Assembly: GCA_040081625.1 (NCBI GenBank)
Contig: JBEBGD010000003.1
Location: 17,865 to 81,864, forward strand
Reading direction: 5' to 3'
Length of the DNA: 64,000 bases
Origin: Chthoniobacteraceae bacterium
GTDB lineage: Bacteria > Verrucomicrobiota > Verrucomicrobiia > Chthoniobacterales > Chthoniobacteraceae
Shown one piece after another: positions 1 to 11,678 of this stretch. The notes beneath the pieces were generated by a model that saw only the letters and a program-made list of their open reading frames with translations, had not been told where the DNA came from and searched no databases. A program made the position numbers and the translations under genes. Positions within the stretch are counted from its first letter, which is position 1; each line of letters begins with the position of its first letter.

Positions 1-1
1 C

Positions 2-43
2 GTTAACATCCTCGCGATCATGGTCATCCCGATCTTCTTCTGA
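2..43 (+). CDS. C-terminal end of an upstream CDS cut by the window edge (...VNILAIMVIPIFF*); cannot be identified
   Basis: The frame is open from the window edge to TGA at 41-43, with G/C-rich third positions and a hydrophobic tail. It is absent from the ORF track because it has no start in the window. Confidence 0.25.
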   Translation, partial: VNILAIMVIPIFF

Positions 44-55
44 CGTGACGCGCAG

Positions 56-1288
56 ATGAAGGCGCTCTTCCTAACCAACGAATACCCGCCGACCATCTAC
101 GGCGGCGCCGGAGTCCACGTGGACTACCTCTCGCGCGAACTCGCGAAGCTCATGGAAGTGGAAGTGCGCTGTTATAGCGACGCGATGCGCGAGCAGCGGC
201 TCGACCTTCCCACCCTCAAGGCCGCAGGCTTCGGCATCGACCCCGCCGCGTGGCGCGCACCGAAGCAGCTCACCGGCGTGCTCTCCGCGCTCCAGCGCGG
301 CGTGGACTGGAACGCCGCCGGCATCGACGCGGACCTCGTCCATGTTCACACGTGGTATGCGCACTTCGCCGGCATCGTCGCGAAGCTCTGCTACGGCATC
401 CCGCTCGTGCTCACCACGCACAGCCTCGAGCCGTTGCGCCCGTGGAAGCGCGAGCAACTCGGCGGCGGCTACGACTTCTCCGCGTGGGTCGAGAAGACCG
501 CCATCGAGATGGCCGATGCCGTCATCGCCGTCTCGCGTGAGGCGCGCGACGACATCATGAAATTCTTCCCGGTCGCGCCGGAGAAGGTTCACGTGATCTA
601 CAACGGCATCGACCTCGACGAATACCGCCCGGCGAAGACAAGCGGCGCGCTCGAGAAATACGGCGTCGATCCGCGCGCCCCTTACGTCCTTTTCGTCGGC
701 CGCATCACGCGGCAGAAAGGCATCGTTCACCTCGTGCACGCCATCGAGCACCTTGCGCCCGGCATCCAGGTCGTGCTCTGCGCCGGCGCGCCCGACACGC
801 CGGAGATCGCCGCGGAGATGCAGGCCTCCGTCGCCGCGGCGCAGGCCGCGCACGGGAAGGTCGTGTGGATCGACCAGATGGTCAGCGTGCCCGAGAAGAT
901 CGAACTCTACAGCCACGCCGCCGTCTTCGTCTGCCCGTCGATCTACGAGCCCTTCGGCATCATCAATCTCGAGGCGATGGCGTGTGAAGTGCCGGTCGTC
1001 GCGACCGCGGTCGGCGGGATCAAGGAAGTCGTCGTCCACGGCGAGACCGGATTCCTCGTGCCGCTCGAGCAGATGAGCGAGAGCCCGTTCGAGGCGACCG
1101 ACCCGGCGCAGTTTTCCCGCGACCTCGCCGCGCGGGTCAATGAACTGATGGCCGACGAGCCTTTGCGCCGGCGGATGGGCAAAGCCGCGCGGCTGCGTGC
1201 GGAGGCGATCTTCTCGTGGGGCTCGATCGCCCGGCAAACCCACGACCTTTATCAGCAGCTCGTGGCATCGCGCGCCTCGTTGGGCTAG
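56..1288 (+). CDS. GT4-family glycosyltransferase, glycogen-synthase-like (actinobacterial GlgA/GlgM type)
   Basis: 410-aa ORF. The N-terminus MKALFLTNEYPPTIYGGAGVHV and the C-terminal EPFGIINLEAMACEVPVVATAVGGIKEVV block are typical of retaining GT-B/GT4 glycogen synthases. Confidence 0.8.
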   Translation: MKALFLTNEYPPTIYGGAGVHVDYLSRELAKLMEVEVRCYSDAMREQRLDLPTLKAAGFGIDPAAWRAPKQLTGVLSALQRGVDWNAAGIDADLVHVHTWYAHFAGIVAKLCYGIPLVLTTHSLEPLRPWKREQLGGGYDFSAWVEKTAIEMADAVIAVSREARDDIMKFFPVAPEKVHVIYNGIDLDEYRPAKTSGALEKYGVDPRAPYVLFVGRITRQKGIVHLVHAIEHLAPGIQVVLCAGAPDTPEIAAEMQASVAAAQAAHGKVVWIDQMVSVPEKIELYSHAAVFVCPSIYEPFGIINLEAMACEVPVVATAVGGIKEVVVHGETGFLVPLEQMSESPFEATDPAQFSRDLAARVNELMADEPLRRRMGKAARLRAEAIFSWGSIARQTHDLYQQLVASRASLG

Positions 1289-1296
1289 AGTCGCCC

Positions 1297-2436
1297 ATGT
1301 TCGTCGATCACATTCAGGTTCATGTCCAGGCGGGCAAAGGCGGGCGGGGCTGCGTTTCGTTCCGGCGCGAGAAGTTCATCCCCAAGGGCGGCCCCGACGG
1401 CGGCAATGGCGGCACGGGCGCTTCGGTGATCCTGCGGGTGGATGCGAATGTGGATAACCTCACCGACTTCTATTACTCGCCGAATCTGCGCGGGAAGCAT
1501 GGCGAGCACGGGCTGGGCAAGAATTGCTACGGGCGCGCGGCTGAGGATGCGGTGTTCCATGTGCCTGTGGGCACCATCGTCTGGCGCGTGCCGATCGCCG
1601 CGAGTGGACCGACGGGCGATTCGCCGCGCAGCGACAAAACGTTCGTGGATTTCACGACACTCAGCGACGACGAGGCGGAGGCCTTCGACGGGCCCAAGCG
1701 CAAGCGAGTGGCCTTCGACCCCGCGCAATTTGAGCTGGTCGCGGACCTCACTGCGCCGGGCACCGATTTCGTGCTCTGCGAAGGCGGCAAGGGAGGCCGG
1801 GGCAATACGACTTTCAAGAGTTCGCTCAACCGGGTGCCCATTGAGTTCACCGACGGGGAGGCGGGCGAGGAGGGGACATTTTATTTCGAGCTTCGCAAGA
1901 TCGCCGACGCGGGGCTGGTCGGCTATCCAAACGCGGGCAAGTCCACGCTGCTCACGCGCATCTCAAACGCGCACCCGAAGATCGCGCCTTATCCCTTCAC
2001 CACGCTCACCCCGCACGTCGGCGTCCTCGAGCTGGATGGCTACCGGCGCGTGACGGTGGCGGACATTCCCGGATTGATCGAGGGCGCGCACACCGACGTG
2101 GGCCTGGGGCACGATTTCCTGCGCCACATCGTGCGCTGCAAGCTGCTGGTCTTCGTGCTCGACATGGCCGGCAGCGAGGGGCGCGAGCCGCTGGCGGACC
2201 TGCAATCGCTGCGAAAGGAACTCGACCTTTATGACCCGACGCTGAGCGAGCGGCCGTGGCTGATCGTGGCGAACAAGATGGACCTGCCCGACGCGAAAGC
2301 GCGGCTAAAGACCTTTAGGACGCGGTATCGGAAGATCGAGATCATCCCGATCAGCGCGGAGCAGGGGGAGGGCGTCGAAGTGCTCAAGCGGCGTCTCGGT
2401 GAGATCGTGTGCGAGGGGAAATTCAAGCCGGAGTAG
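1297..2436 (+). CDS. obg: GTPase Obg/CgtA
   Basis: MFVDHIQVHVQAGKGGRGCVSFRREKFIPKGGPDGGNGGTGASV is a Gly-rich Obg fold, followed by the G1 motif GYPNAGKST and the DIPGLIEGA and NKMD motifs. ATG 1297 is chosen over the ORF-track start at 1216 because Obg proteins begin at MF(V/I)D. Confidence 0.95.
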   Translation: MFVDHIQVHVQAGKGGRGCVSFRREKFIPKGGPDGGNGGTGASVILRVDANVDNLTDFYYSPNLRGKHGEHGLGKNCYGRAAEDAVFHVPVGTIVWRVPIAASGPTGDSPRSDKTFVDFTTLSDDEAEAFDGPKRKRVAFDPAQFELVADLTAPGTDFVLCEGGKGGRGNTTFKSSLNRVPIEFTDGEAGEEGTFYFELRKIADAGLVGYPNAGKSTLLTRISNAHPKIAPYPFTTLTPHVGVLELDGYRRVTVADIPGLIEGAHTDVGLGHDFLRHIVRCKLLVFVLDMAGSEGREPLADLQSLRKELDLYDPTLSERPWLIVANKMDLPDAKARLKTFRTRYRKIEIIPISAEQGEGVEVLKRRLGEIVCEGKFKPE

Positions 2437-2457
2437 CCGGCGTCGGCGCCCGTCTGT

Positions 2458-2898
2458 TCAGCGCCCTTCGTCCGCGTCGATGTAATCGAACATCGTCTGG
2501 ATGTCCTCGCGGCATGCGAGCCCGCTCTCGGCCTTGCGCTGGAGCAGGCGATCGCTGGCATCGTCCTTCCAGCCACGCTTGAGCATGAAGTCGGTCCAGA
2601 TTTTCTGCTCGAGCGCGTCGGGACGGCGGCCTTGCTGGAAGGCCCATTCGAGCAGCGCCTCGTCGGAGCCGCCGGACTTCGCGCGCTCGACGAGCGCCGG
2701 GTAGTCGATCCACAAAAAGCGGCAGCAGAATTCATCGAAGCCGCCGCCGAGATTGGAGTGGTATTCGGCGGGAAGCTGGCCTGCGGCGTGGAGTCGGATC
2801 TTGTCGAGCATCCGCGCGAAATAGACGAGGCCGGTGGTTTTGTGGTGAGGACTGCGGAGCGCGGGCACTTGCATGAGGGTGCCGAGATTACGGCGCAT
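2458..2898 (-). CDS. DUF5069-like conserved hypothetical protein
   Basis: 146-aa ORF with good third-position GC. The segment LRSPHHKTTGLVYFARMLDKIR...YHSNLGGGFDEFCCRFL resembles DUF5069 family proteins from memory. An alternative ATG lies at 2874. Confidence 0.6.
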   Translation of the reverse strand: MRRNLGTLMQVPALRSPHHKTTGLVYFARMLDKIRLHAAGQLPAEYHSNLGGGFDEFCCRFLWIDYPALVERAKSGGSDEALLEWAFQQGRRPDALEQKIWTDFMLKRGWKDDASDRLLQRKAESGLACREDIQTMFDYIDADEGR

Positions 2899-2965
2899 CG
2901 GAATTTCCGCGCAAGGCCTGCTTGCGTTTGCTCGGATTCATCCGCACCATCGCCCACTCTTCCCG

Positions 2966-4282
2966 GTGAATACCATTTTGCTAATCGATGATGATGAGGT
3001 GTGCCGCGCGCCCGCTGCCGAACTGCTGCGGCGCGAGCGCTGGAACGTGATCGAGGCGGGCGATGGCGAAGAGGGGATCGAACTCGCGCTTAAGCACCGG
3101 CCCGCGGTGATCCTCTGCGATCTGCTGATGCCGCGCGTCAATGGATACCAGGTCTGCCGCGCCGTCCGCGAACGCATCGAGCTGCGGCACACGAAGATCA
3201 TCGTGGTGACCGGGCGCGACTATTCCTCGGATCGGAAAAGCGCAGAAGAGGCCGGTGCCGACGGCTACCTCGTGAAGCCGCTCGAGATTTCCAAGCTGCT
3301 CGCGGTGCTCGACAAGGTTCTGCCCGGCAGGGCGAATATGGCGCCCACACCGTCGGACGGCGCCGCCTTTGGCGCCGAGGGAGTGGGCACGCGCGTGAAG
3401 TTTTGGGGTGTGCGCGGATCGATCCCCTCGCCTGGGAACGGGACGATCTTCTTTGGCGGCAACACCTCGTGCGTGGAAGTGCGCGTCGGCAGCCAGATCA
3501 TCGTGCTCGACGCCGGTTCGGGCATTCGTCCGCTCGGACTCTCGCTGATCGAGGAGTTCAAGACGCAGCCGATCGACCTCTCGCTGTTGATTACGCACAC
3601 GCATTGGGATCACATTCAGGGGTTCCCATTCTTCCTGCCCGCGTATGATTCGCGGAACCGGATTCAGATTTTTGGCTACGAAGGCGCGCTCTCCGGGCTG
3701 CGCACCGCGCTCTCCGGGCAGATGGAGAGTCCGTATTTCCCCGTCGCGATGGACGAACTGCAGGGCAATCTGCGGATCGACGAACTCCGCGAGATGAATT
3801 TTTCGCTTGGCGCGGTGCGCATCGAGACGTGCTTCACGAATCACCCCGGCGTGTGCGTCGCCTACAAGCTCCAGACACCGGACGGCACGATTGTCTATAT
3901 GCCCGACAACGAGACGCGAAAGGGCAGCGTCAGCGCCGACAACGGCGCGATGATTCCTGATCCATCCGAAGCGGACCTGGCGGAGTTCATTCGCGGCGTG
4001 GACGTGCTGATCATGGACAGCCAATACACGAGCGAAGAATACAAGACTCATGTCGGCTGGGGCCACGGATGCGTCGATGAAGTCGTGCGCCTGGCCATCG
4101 AGAACCGGGTCAAGCGGCTCTTCACCTTTCACCACGATCCGTCACACGACGACCGCTTCATCTCCGCGATGCTCGTGCATGCGCGCCAGCTCGCCGAGGC
4201 CGCGCGCAGCCCGCTATTGGTCGATGCAGCGCGCGAGGGCCTCGAAGTGATGGTGCAGGGAGGCGTCGTCGCCGCCCGCTGA
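2966..4282 (+). CDS. Response-regulator receiver domain fused to an MBL-fold metallo-hydrolase domain
   Basis: Receiver: ILLIDDDEV...AVILCDLLMPRVNG...KIIVVTG...GADGYLVKP. MBL: IVLDAGSG...LLITHTHWDHIQGFPFF...GWGHG...FHHDP. The start is uncertain (GTG 2966, or ATG 2873 which would abut the divergent gene). Confidence 0.8.
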   Translation: MNTILLIDDDEVCRAPAAELLRRERWNVIEAGDGEEGIELALKHRPAVILCDLLMPRVNGYQVCRAVRERIELRHTKIIVVTGRDYSSDRKSAEEAGADGYLVKPLEISKLLAVLDKVLPGRANMAPTPSDGAAFGAEGVGTRVKFWGVRGSIPSPGNGTIFFGGNTSCVEVRVGSQIIVLDAGSGIRPLGLSLIEEFKTQPIDLSLLITHTHWDHIQGFPFFLPAYDSRNRIQIFGYEGALSGLRTALSGQMESPYFPVAMDELQGNLRIDELREMNFSLGAVRIETCFTNHPGVCVAYKLQTPDGTIVYMPDNETRKGSVSADNGAMIPDPSEADLAEFIRGVDVLIMDSQYTSEEYKTHVGWGHGCVDEVVRLAIENRVKRLFTFHHDPSHDDRFISAMLVHARQLAEAARSPLLVDAAREGLEVMVQGGVVAAR

Positions 4283-4295
4283 AGCACTCGCGCCG

Positions 4296-4796
4296 CTACG
4301 GCTCCGCGAACTCGTGCTTGAGCTTTTCCACGAGCGCCTCGAGCTTCGGTCGCCGCAATTCCTCCATCTGCTTGCGGAGGTCTTCCTCGAGGTGCTTTCG
4401 CTCCTCGAAGTAGCGATCGGAAAATTTTTTCTTCTGCTCGTCGGAAAGGCTCAGCCCCGAACGTTTGATCGCTGCTTCCACGTCCTCCCGCATCTTCTTG
4501 CGGAAGAACTCGGCGCGCTGAAAGATCTCCATCTTCCGTTCCGGCGGCAGCTCGGATAGCTGCTTCATCGTCTCCATCCAGCGTTGCCGCTGTTCCGGGC
4601 TCATCTGCTGAAAGCCTTGGCGCGCCTTCTCCGCGTCCGGTCCAGATGGAAATCCGGGGCCGGGCCTGCGCATTCCCGGTGAGCCAGGGGCCTTGGTGGG
4701 CGCCGGGGTGGCCGTCGGATCGACCGGCGGCCTGTCTTGCGCGACCAGAGCGGTCGCGAAGCCGAGGACGACTAGCGCAGCGAGCTGTCGAGCCAT
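4296..4796 (-). CDS. Secreted coiled-coil protein, Spy/CpxP- or DUF3106-like
   Basis: Signal peptide MARQLAALVVLGFATALVAQ, a Pro-rich linker, then a charged helical region with LTxxQ-like motifs (MSPEQRQRW, LSDEQKKKF). Confidence 0.55.
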   Translation of the reverse strand: MARQLAALVVLGFATALVAQDRPPVDPTATPAPTKAPGSPGMRRPGPGFPSGPDAEKARQGFQQMSPEQRQRWMETMKQLSELPPERKMEIFQRAEFFRKKMREDVEAAIKRSGLSLSDEQKKKFSDRYFEERKHLEEDLRKQMEELRRPKLEALVEKLKHEFAEP

Positions 4797-5140
4797 GCGT
4801 TGCTATCGTCGAGCGCGAGGAGCACGTCGAGATTGTTGACGACGGTGAAGTCGCTGTTCGCGAGCGCCGCTTCGATAGCGGCGGCTTCGTGCGCAGCGAG
4901 CGGACGCGGGGTCGGAGCCTGCGGCTGGCCGCTGAGCGCGACGAATAGCACGACGGCCGCCGCACCGGCGAGCGCGAGCCAATTCCATCCGTGCCGGAGC
5001 CACTCGACGAATCCCGCCTCCCGCTCTGGTTGCGCCATTCGCACCGCGCGGAGGACATCCTGCACGAAAGCCGGCCGCGCCTGGGCAGGACGCGCCCGCC
5101 CGAGTAGCTCCCAAAGGTTGTCGTTATCGTCGTGGTTCAT
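4772..5140 (-). CDS. Small single-pass membrane protein, anti-sigma-factor-like
   Basis: 122 aa. The cytoplasmic N-terminus NLWELLGRARPAQARPAFVQDVLRAV is followed by one TM helix (WNWLALAGAAAVVLFVAL) and an acidic C-terminus. It overlaps the next gene by 25 nt and lies directly downstream of rpoD on the same strand. Confidence 0.5.
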   Translation of the reverse strand: MNHDDNDNLWELLGRARPAQARPAFVQDVLRAVRMAQPEREAGFVEWLRHGWNWLALAGAAAVVLFVALSGQPQAPTPRPLAAHEAAAIEAALANSDFTVVNNLDVLLALDDSNAWLDSSLR

Positions 5141-5206
5141 GGCTGGGGGGACTAAACCCGGAACCGCCCGTAAGTTGCAGACAAAATGCGTGCGCGGTGG
5201 CGTCGG

Positions 5207-7333
<2,127 letters not shown>

Positions 7334-7380
7334 ACCCGAGTGGAGTGAGCTCTCGTCCCACCACCGACCTGACCACTGGT

Positions 7381-9243
7381 TCAGAGCGGTGGGGAAAAAA
7401 GCCTGCCAAGGTTTGCGAGGTGACTTTTCAAATCAAGGACTTCTTTCTGTAGTTTTGAGACCTCGTCCGGCTGCAATCCGAGTTGGCGTAACCGCACCTG
7501 ACATGCATCCAGCCGATGCCGGACCCGCTCGCGCGAGATCGCCCGCCAGACATCGTTCGCCGTCAGCATCGGGAACCAAAGTGTCCCGGCGGTTCCGTCG
7601 GGTTTGGCGAAGACCTTGTCATTGCTGCTTGGAGCCGCCGACTGGATCAGTCCGTTCTCGAGCACGTCCACGACGGCGTCCTGCTCCTGGTCGGTCAGGC
7701 TGGTGAGAAAGCTGTTCACCGATACCGGGTTGGTCACCTCCACCTCGGCGAGCAGCACTTTCTCGAGCAGGTCTTCGTTCGGATCGACGCCGGCGATTTC
7801 CTCCCACGCCTGCTCCTGAAGCCACAGGCGCGCGTCCGCATCGCACAGTGCGACGAGGAGCAGATTCGAGATCGCCTTCGAGAACTCGAGCCGCGGCTGC
7901 AATGCCTCGGGAGACGGATCCGGCCTCTCGATCTTCGGCGTCGTGAGCAGGCGCGCGAATTCCTGCGGCGACACCTCCAGCCGCTCCGACGCCCGGTTCG
8001 TGATCGCTGTGCGCAGCATCACGTCGCTCACTTTGCTGATCGCCCCGGCCAGCTTTCGAACCGCGACGACCCGTCCGCGCGTGGTCGCGAATTCCGGCTT
8101 CGCCGTCTCCCGGTCGATCACGAAATCGAAGTAGTCCTTCGCCGCCGCGATCCGCTCGCGGAACGCGTCCGCGCCCTTGCCGCGAATGAGCGAATCGGGA
8201 TCCTCGCCTTCCGGCATCGTCGCCACCCGCACGGCGAGACTCGCCGCGAGCAGCGCGTCGAGCGAACGCTCCGCCGCCTTCTCGCCCGCGAGGTCCGCGT
8301 CGAAGCACAGCACGACTTCCTCGCAGTATTGCTTGAGCTTCCGCGCCTGCCGCTCGGTGAAGGCCGTGCCCTGCGGCGCGACCACGTTCTGCACGCCGGC
8401 CTCGAACGCCGTGATCAGGTCGAGCTGGCCCTCGCACACGATCACCGAGCCGCGATCGATCAGCGCGCGCTTGGATTTGTGCAGCCCGAAGAGCACCGCG
8501 CCCTTTACGAAAAGCATCGTCTCCGGCGAGTTGATGTATTTCGCAGCCTTCGCATCCGGCGCGAGCACGCGGCCGGAGAAGCCGATGACTTCGCCCGTGT
8601 CGTTGCAGATGGGGAACATCACGCGCCCGCGGAAACGATCGTAGAACTCACTTCGCGGACGATCTTCGTCGCGCGTCTTCACCAGCCCGCTCTCGAGCAG
8701 CTCCTCCTCGGAGAATCTTTGCGCGTGCGCCAGCTCGCGCATCGAATCCCACTCGTCCGGCGCGAAGCCGATCTTCCACGACTTCGCGACATCGCTGCCG
8801 ATGCCGCGGCCCTTGAGGTAGTCGCGCGCGACCTGCGCCGACGGCTTTTTCATGAGCTGTTGGTGGAAAAACTCCGCCGCCTCCGCGTGCAGCGCGAGCA
8901 GCCGGCGCCGCATCGAGACCTTCGCCTCGTCCTCCGCCGACATCAGTCCGTCCTCGACCCGGATGCCGCCGCGCTCGGCGAGCTTCCGCGCCGCAGCGTG
9001 GAAATCGAGGTTCTCATATTGCATCACGAACTTGATCGGCCCACCGCCCGCGCCGCAGCCGAAGCACTTATACATCTGCCGCTGCGGATTCACCGTGAAC
9101 GAAGGCGTGTTCTCCTGGTGAAACGGGCAGCGCGCCTTCCACATTGCACCGGCGCGCTTGAGCGGGAAGTAACCCTGCACCAGCTCGACGATGTCGTTCG
9201 CGGCGTTGATTTGGTCGATGAGCTCGTTCGAGAGGCGCGGCAC
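7381..9243 (-). CDS. dnaG: DNA primase DnaG
   Basis: Zinc-ribbon [35 protein letters not shown] region [11 protein letters not shown]...[13 protein letters not shown], and an rpoD gene immediately downstream (classic dnaG-rpoD arrangement). Confidence 0.95.
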   Translation of the reverse strand: MPRLSNELIDQINAANDIVELVQGYFPLKRAGAMWKARCPFHQENTPSFTVNPQRQMYKCFGCGAGGGPIKFVMQYENLDFHAAARKLAERGGIRVEDGLMSAEDEAKVSMRRRLLALHAEAAEFFHQQLMKKPSAQVARDYLKGRGIGSDVAKSWKIGFAPDEWDSMRELAHAQRFSEEELLESGLVKTRDEDRPRSEFYDRFRGRVMFPICNDTGEVIGFSGRVLAPDAKAAKYINSPETMLFVKGAVLFGLHKSKRALIDRGSVIVCEGQLDLITAFEAGVQNVVAPQGTAFTERQARKLKQYCEEVVLCFDADLAGEKAAERSLDALLAASLAVRVATMPEGEDPDSLIRGKGADAFRERIAAAKDYFDFVIDRETAKPEFATTRGRVVAVRKLAGAISKVSDVMLRTAITNRASERLEVSPQEFARLLTTPKIERPDPSPEALQPRLEFSKAISNLLLVALCDADARLWLQEQAWEEIAGVDPNEDLLEKVLLAEVEVTNPVSVNSFLTSLTDQEQDAVVDVLENGLIQSAAPSSNDKVFAKPDGTAGTLWFPMLTANDVWRAISRERVRHRLDACQVRLRQLGLQPDEVSKLQKEVLDLKSHLANLGRLFSPPL

Positions 9244-9288
9244 GCGCGGACTGTCGATGCGCGAACGCGGCGTGTCGAGCGACTGCGC

Positions 9289-10551
9289 TCAGCGACCCGG
9301 TCCGCGCGGTCCGCCGCCGCGACCATCCGTCGGTCCGCCGCGTTGTTGCGGCGGAGTGAAAGGCACGCCATTGGCCTGCGCCCACGTCTGCGCCGCCGCT
9401 CCGTCGCGCTGGCCCCACGAGCGAAGTAGATCGCGCATCGTGTCGTTGCGGCGTTCTTCCTCGGTGATGGATTGCGCCCACGCGATTGCGCCCTCGGGAT
9501 CGTTTCTCACCACGCGCTGCGCGTAGTCCTGCCGCGCGCGATCAAATTCCGCCGATGGCCCGAGTTGCTGGAGATAGCTGCCCGCCGCGACCGGATCTTT
9601 TTGCGCCCACTCACCGATTACCTCAGCCATCGCGCGCTGCCGGGTCTCGCCGGCCGGCAGGCCGTTTGCCCAGCCCGCCGCGTCCTTCGGATCCTTGTCC
9701 ACAAGCCGCTGGGCCAGCTCCCGCGCCATGCCCGCGCGGAACTGCTCGTCGGTCTGGTCAAGCACCGCGCTGCGTGCCGCTTCCAGCCCGCGCTGGCTGA
9801 TGAGTTCGCTGATCAGCGTGTCCGCCATCCGCCCGCGCGCGCGGCTGTAGGGCTGGTTCGCGGCCACGTCGATCGCGCGGTCGAGGCTCGACTTCGCCAG
9901 CGAGTTGACCAGCGTCGCGACCGCCCAGTTGCCATCTTCGCCGCCGGGCCCGATCCCGCGCTGTCCACCGCCTTCGGTCGGCGCGCCATTTTTCTCCGCC
10001 CACGCGATCGCCGCCTCGGGGCTGTCCTTCACCCACGTTTTGAGCACCGCGTTGAGCCCGTTGAACCGCGACCAGTCGCGCAAGCCCGACGCGAAGGTCG
10101 CCGCCTCCGCCGGATCGAGTTTCGTCCACTTCTGAAGCAGCATCGCCTGCTCGGTCATCCGGTAGCGCCCGTTCGGGTCCTTCGCGATGACTTCGAGCAC
10201 CGACTTGATTTCAGCCGGGTCCTTGAGCGCCTCGAGCAGGCGCAGGAAGCCGAGCATGCGCATTGATTCGTCGTCCTGCTTGAGCAGGAACTTCACGTGA
10301 TCCTCGAGCGAACGCCCGCCGATCACTTCCGCGATGCCGGTCGCGCGCGAGCCAAACCAGCCGGCCAGCGAAAACTCCTCGTCGCCGGAACTCTGCGTCG
10401 CGCCAGTCCCGGTCTGTGGCAAGGCGGCCACGGCTCCGGATTGCGTCACCCGCTCGATCACTCGCGTCGCCGAGCCCAGTCGCCCGAGGCTGAATGCGGC
10501 AGTCGCGGAGAGCAGCCAGGCGGCGGCGATGAGAAGGCGGCGTGATTTCAT
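9289..10551 (-). CDS. Secreted alpha-helical repeat protein of unknown function
   Basis: Signal peptide MKSRRLLIAAAWLLSATAAFS and about six degenerate repeats of the form K/R-x-DP-x-x-A-x-x-WA (for example KDSPEAAIAWAEKNG, NDPEGAIAWAQSIT), ending in a Gly/Pro/Arg-rich tail. Confidence 0.6.
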   Translation of the reverse strand: MKSRRLLIAAAWLLSATAAFSLGRLGSATRVIERVTQSGAVAALPQTGTGATQSSGDEEFSLAGWFGSRATGIAEVIGGRSLEDHVKFLLKQDDESMRMLGFLRLLEALKDPAEIKSVLEVIAKDPNGRYRMTEQAMLLQKWTKLDPAEAATFASGLRDWSRFNGLNAVLKTWVKDSPEAAIAWAEKNGAPTEGGGQRGIGPGGEDGNWAVATLVNSLAKSSLDRAIDVAANQPYSRARGRMADTLISELISQRGLEAARSAVLDQTDEQFRAGMARELAQRLVDKDPKDAAGWANGLPAGETRQRAMAEVIGEWAQKDPVAAGSYLQQLGPSAEFDRARQDYAQRVVRNDPEGAIAWAQSITEEERRNDTMRDLLRSWGQRDGAAAQTWAQANGVPFTPPQQRGGPTDGRGGGPRGPGR

Positions 10552-10620
10552 GGGAGTCGGGGCTGAAACACCGGGTCGATCGGAAAGTTAGCCGCGATTC
10601 GTGTCGCGGTGACGCGCACC

Positions 10621-11676
10621 TTACAGCAGCACGTCGATGATCTCCAGTGCGCGGTGATAGACCTTGTGCCGGCTTCCGCCGCCGATCTCCCACAGCAGGA
10701 GACTCGTCGTCTCATTGCTCCCCGCGGGCAGCAGGTGATTATAGATGCTGCCATTTGCGAGCCGCACCTCGACGCGGAAAAACGCGCCCTGCTGATCGCG
10801 ATACACTCGCACGCTGCCGGTCTTCCCACGCAGTTCGCACACGCTGATCGAGCGCCCCGCCTCCGCGGTGAAGGCGATCCGCACGCGCTGGCCTTTCGGG
10901 TGCGTGAACGTGATCTCGTCGCCGTCGCGTTTCGGGTCCGCGAGCCGGAGCTGCGCTGCAAACCAGCTCGTGAGCAGCAGCGCCGTCGAGCGATTCGCCG
11001 GCGCGTGGCTGATGCCGATCGTGTGGAGCCCGTCGAGCACCGCGAGGTTTTCCTCGTGATCGAACATGAGCGCCAGCGCCTGCCGGAGGTGAAGCGAGCG
11101 CGCCCAGTTCAAGTCGCACAATACGAGGCTCGCCTGTGTCCCGTCGAGCGACGCGCGCAACCTGCGGAACTGCTCCTTCGGGTCCGCCCACTTCTGGCTG
11201 TCGAAGATGAGCCGGTCCACGCGCGCCCACAGCGTCCTGTCGATCTGCTCGGGAAACTCGCACTGCCACCAAAGGTAAAGCGGCAGATCGGAGTCGAGAT
11301 TCGCGAAGACCGTGTTCGCGATGCGCCCCGCCGTCTTCCCCTCGAAGAGCAGCGACACCTGCTCGCAGCAGATCTGTTTCGCGCCGGCCCGCGAGAGATG
11401 GCAGTGCGCGTTGATAAAGGCGGAGACTTTGTCCTCCGGCGCATCCGGCTCGTGGCAGATGAGCAGCGCACGGCACGCGTGCTCGCGCGTGAATTCGCTG
11501 ACGAAGGAAGTGTTATCCGCGCTCCCCGCGAGCCCGCGGAAATAGACTGCGAAGTTGATCAGCGACGCGCGTGTCTGCGTGCCGCCGGTGCTTTCCCATA
11601 GTTTCTTTAGCTCCTTGCCGACCGCGCCGACTTCCACCGGCACGCCGAGCGCTGAGGTGTCGAGATTCGCTGGCAT
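10621..11676 (-). CDS. opcA: Glucose-6-phosphate dehydrogenase assembly protein OpcA
   Basis: MPANLDTSALGVPVEVGAVGKELKKLWESTGGTQTRASLINFAVY matches the OpcA N-terminus. ATG 11676 lies 2 nt downstream of the zwf stop (TAA 11681-11679). The ORF-track start at 11823 would overlap zwf. Confidence 0.8.
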   Translation of the reverse strand: MPANLDTSALGVPVEVGAVGKELKKLWESTGGTQTRASLINFAVYFRGLAGSADNTSFVSEFTREHACRALLICHEPDAPEDKVSAFINAHCHLSRAGAKQICCEQVSLLFEGKTAGRIANTVFANLDSDLPLYLWWQCEFPEQIDRTLWARVDRLIFDSQKWADPKEQFRRLRASLDGTQASLVLCDLNWARSLHLRQALALMFDHEENLAVLDGLHTIGISHAPANRSTALLLTSWFAAQLRLADPKRDGDEITFTHPKGQRVRIAFTAEAGRSISVCELRGKTGSVRVYRDQQGAFFRVEVRLANGSIYNHLLPAGSNETTSLLLWEIGGGSRHKVYHRALEIIDVLL

Positions 11677-11678
11677 CG

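Noticed and set aside
7516-9429. 637-aa plus-strand ORF opposite dnaG (also 5186-6280 and 6413-7348 opposite rpoD)
   Set aside because: These are shadow ORFs typical of GC-rich DNA, and dnaG and rpoD are unambiguous on the minus strand.
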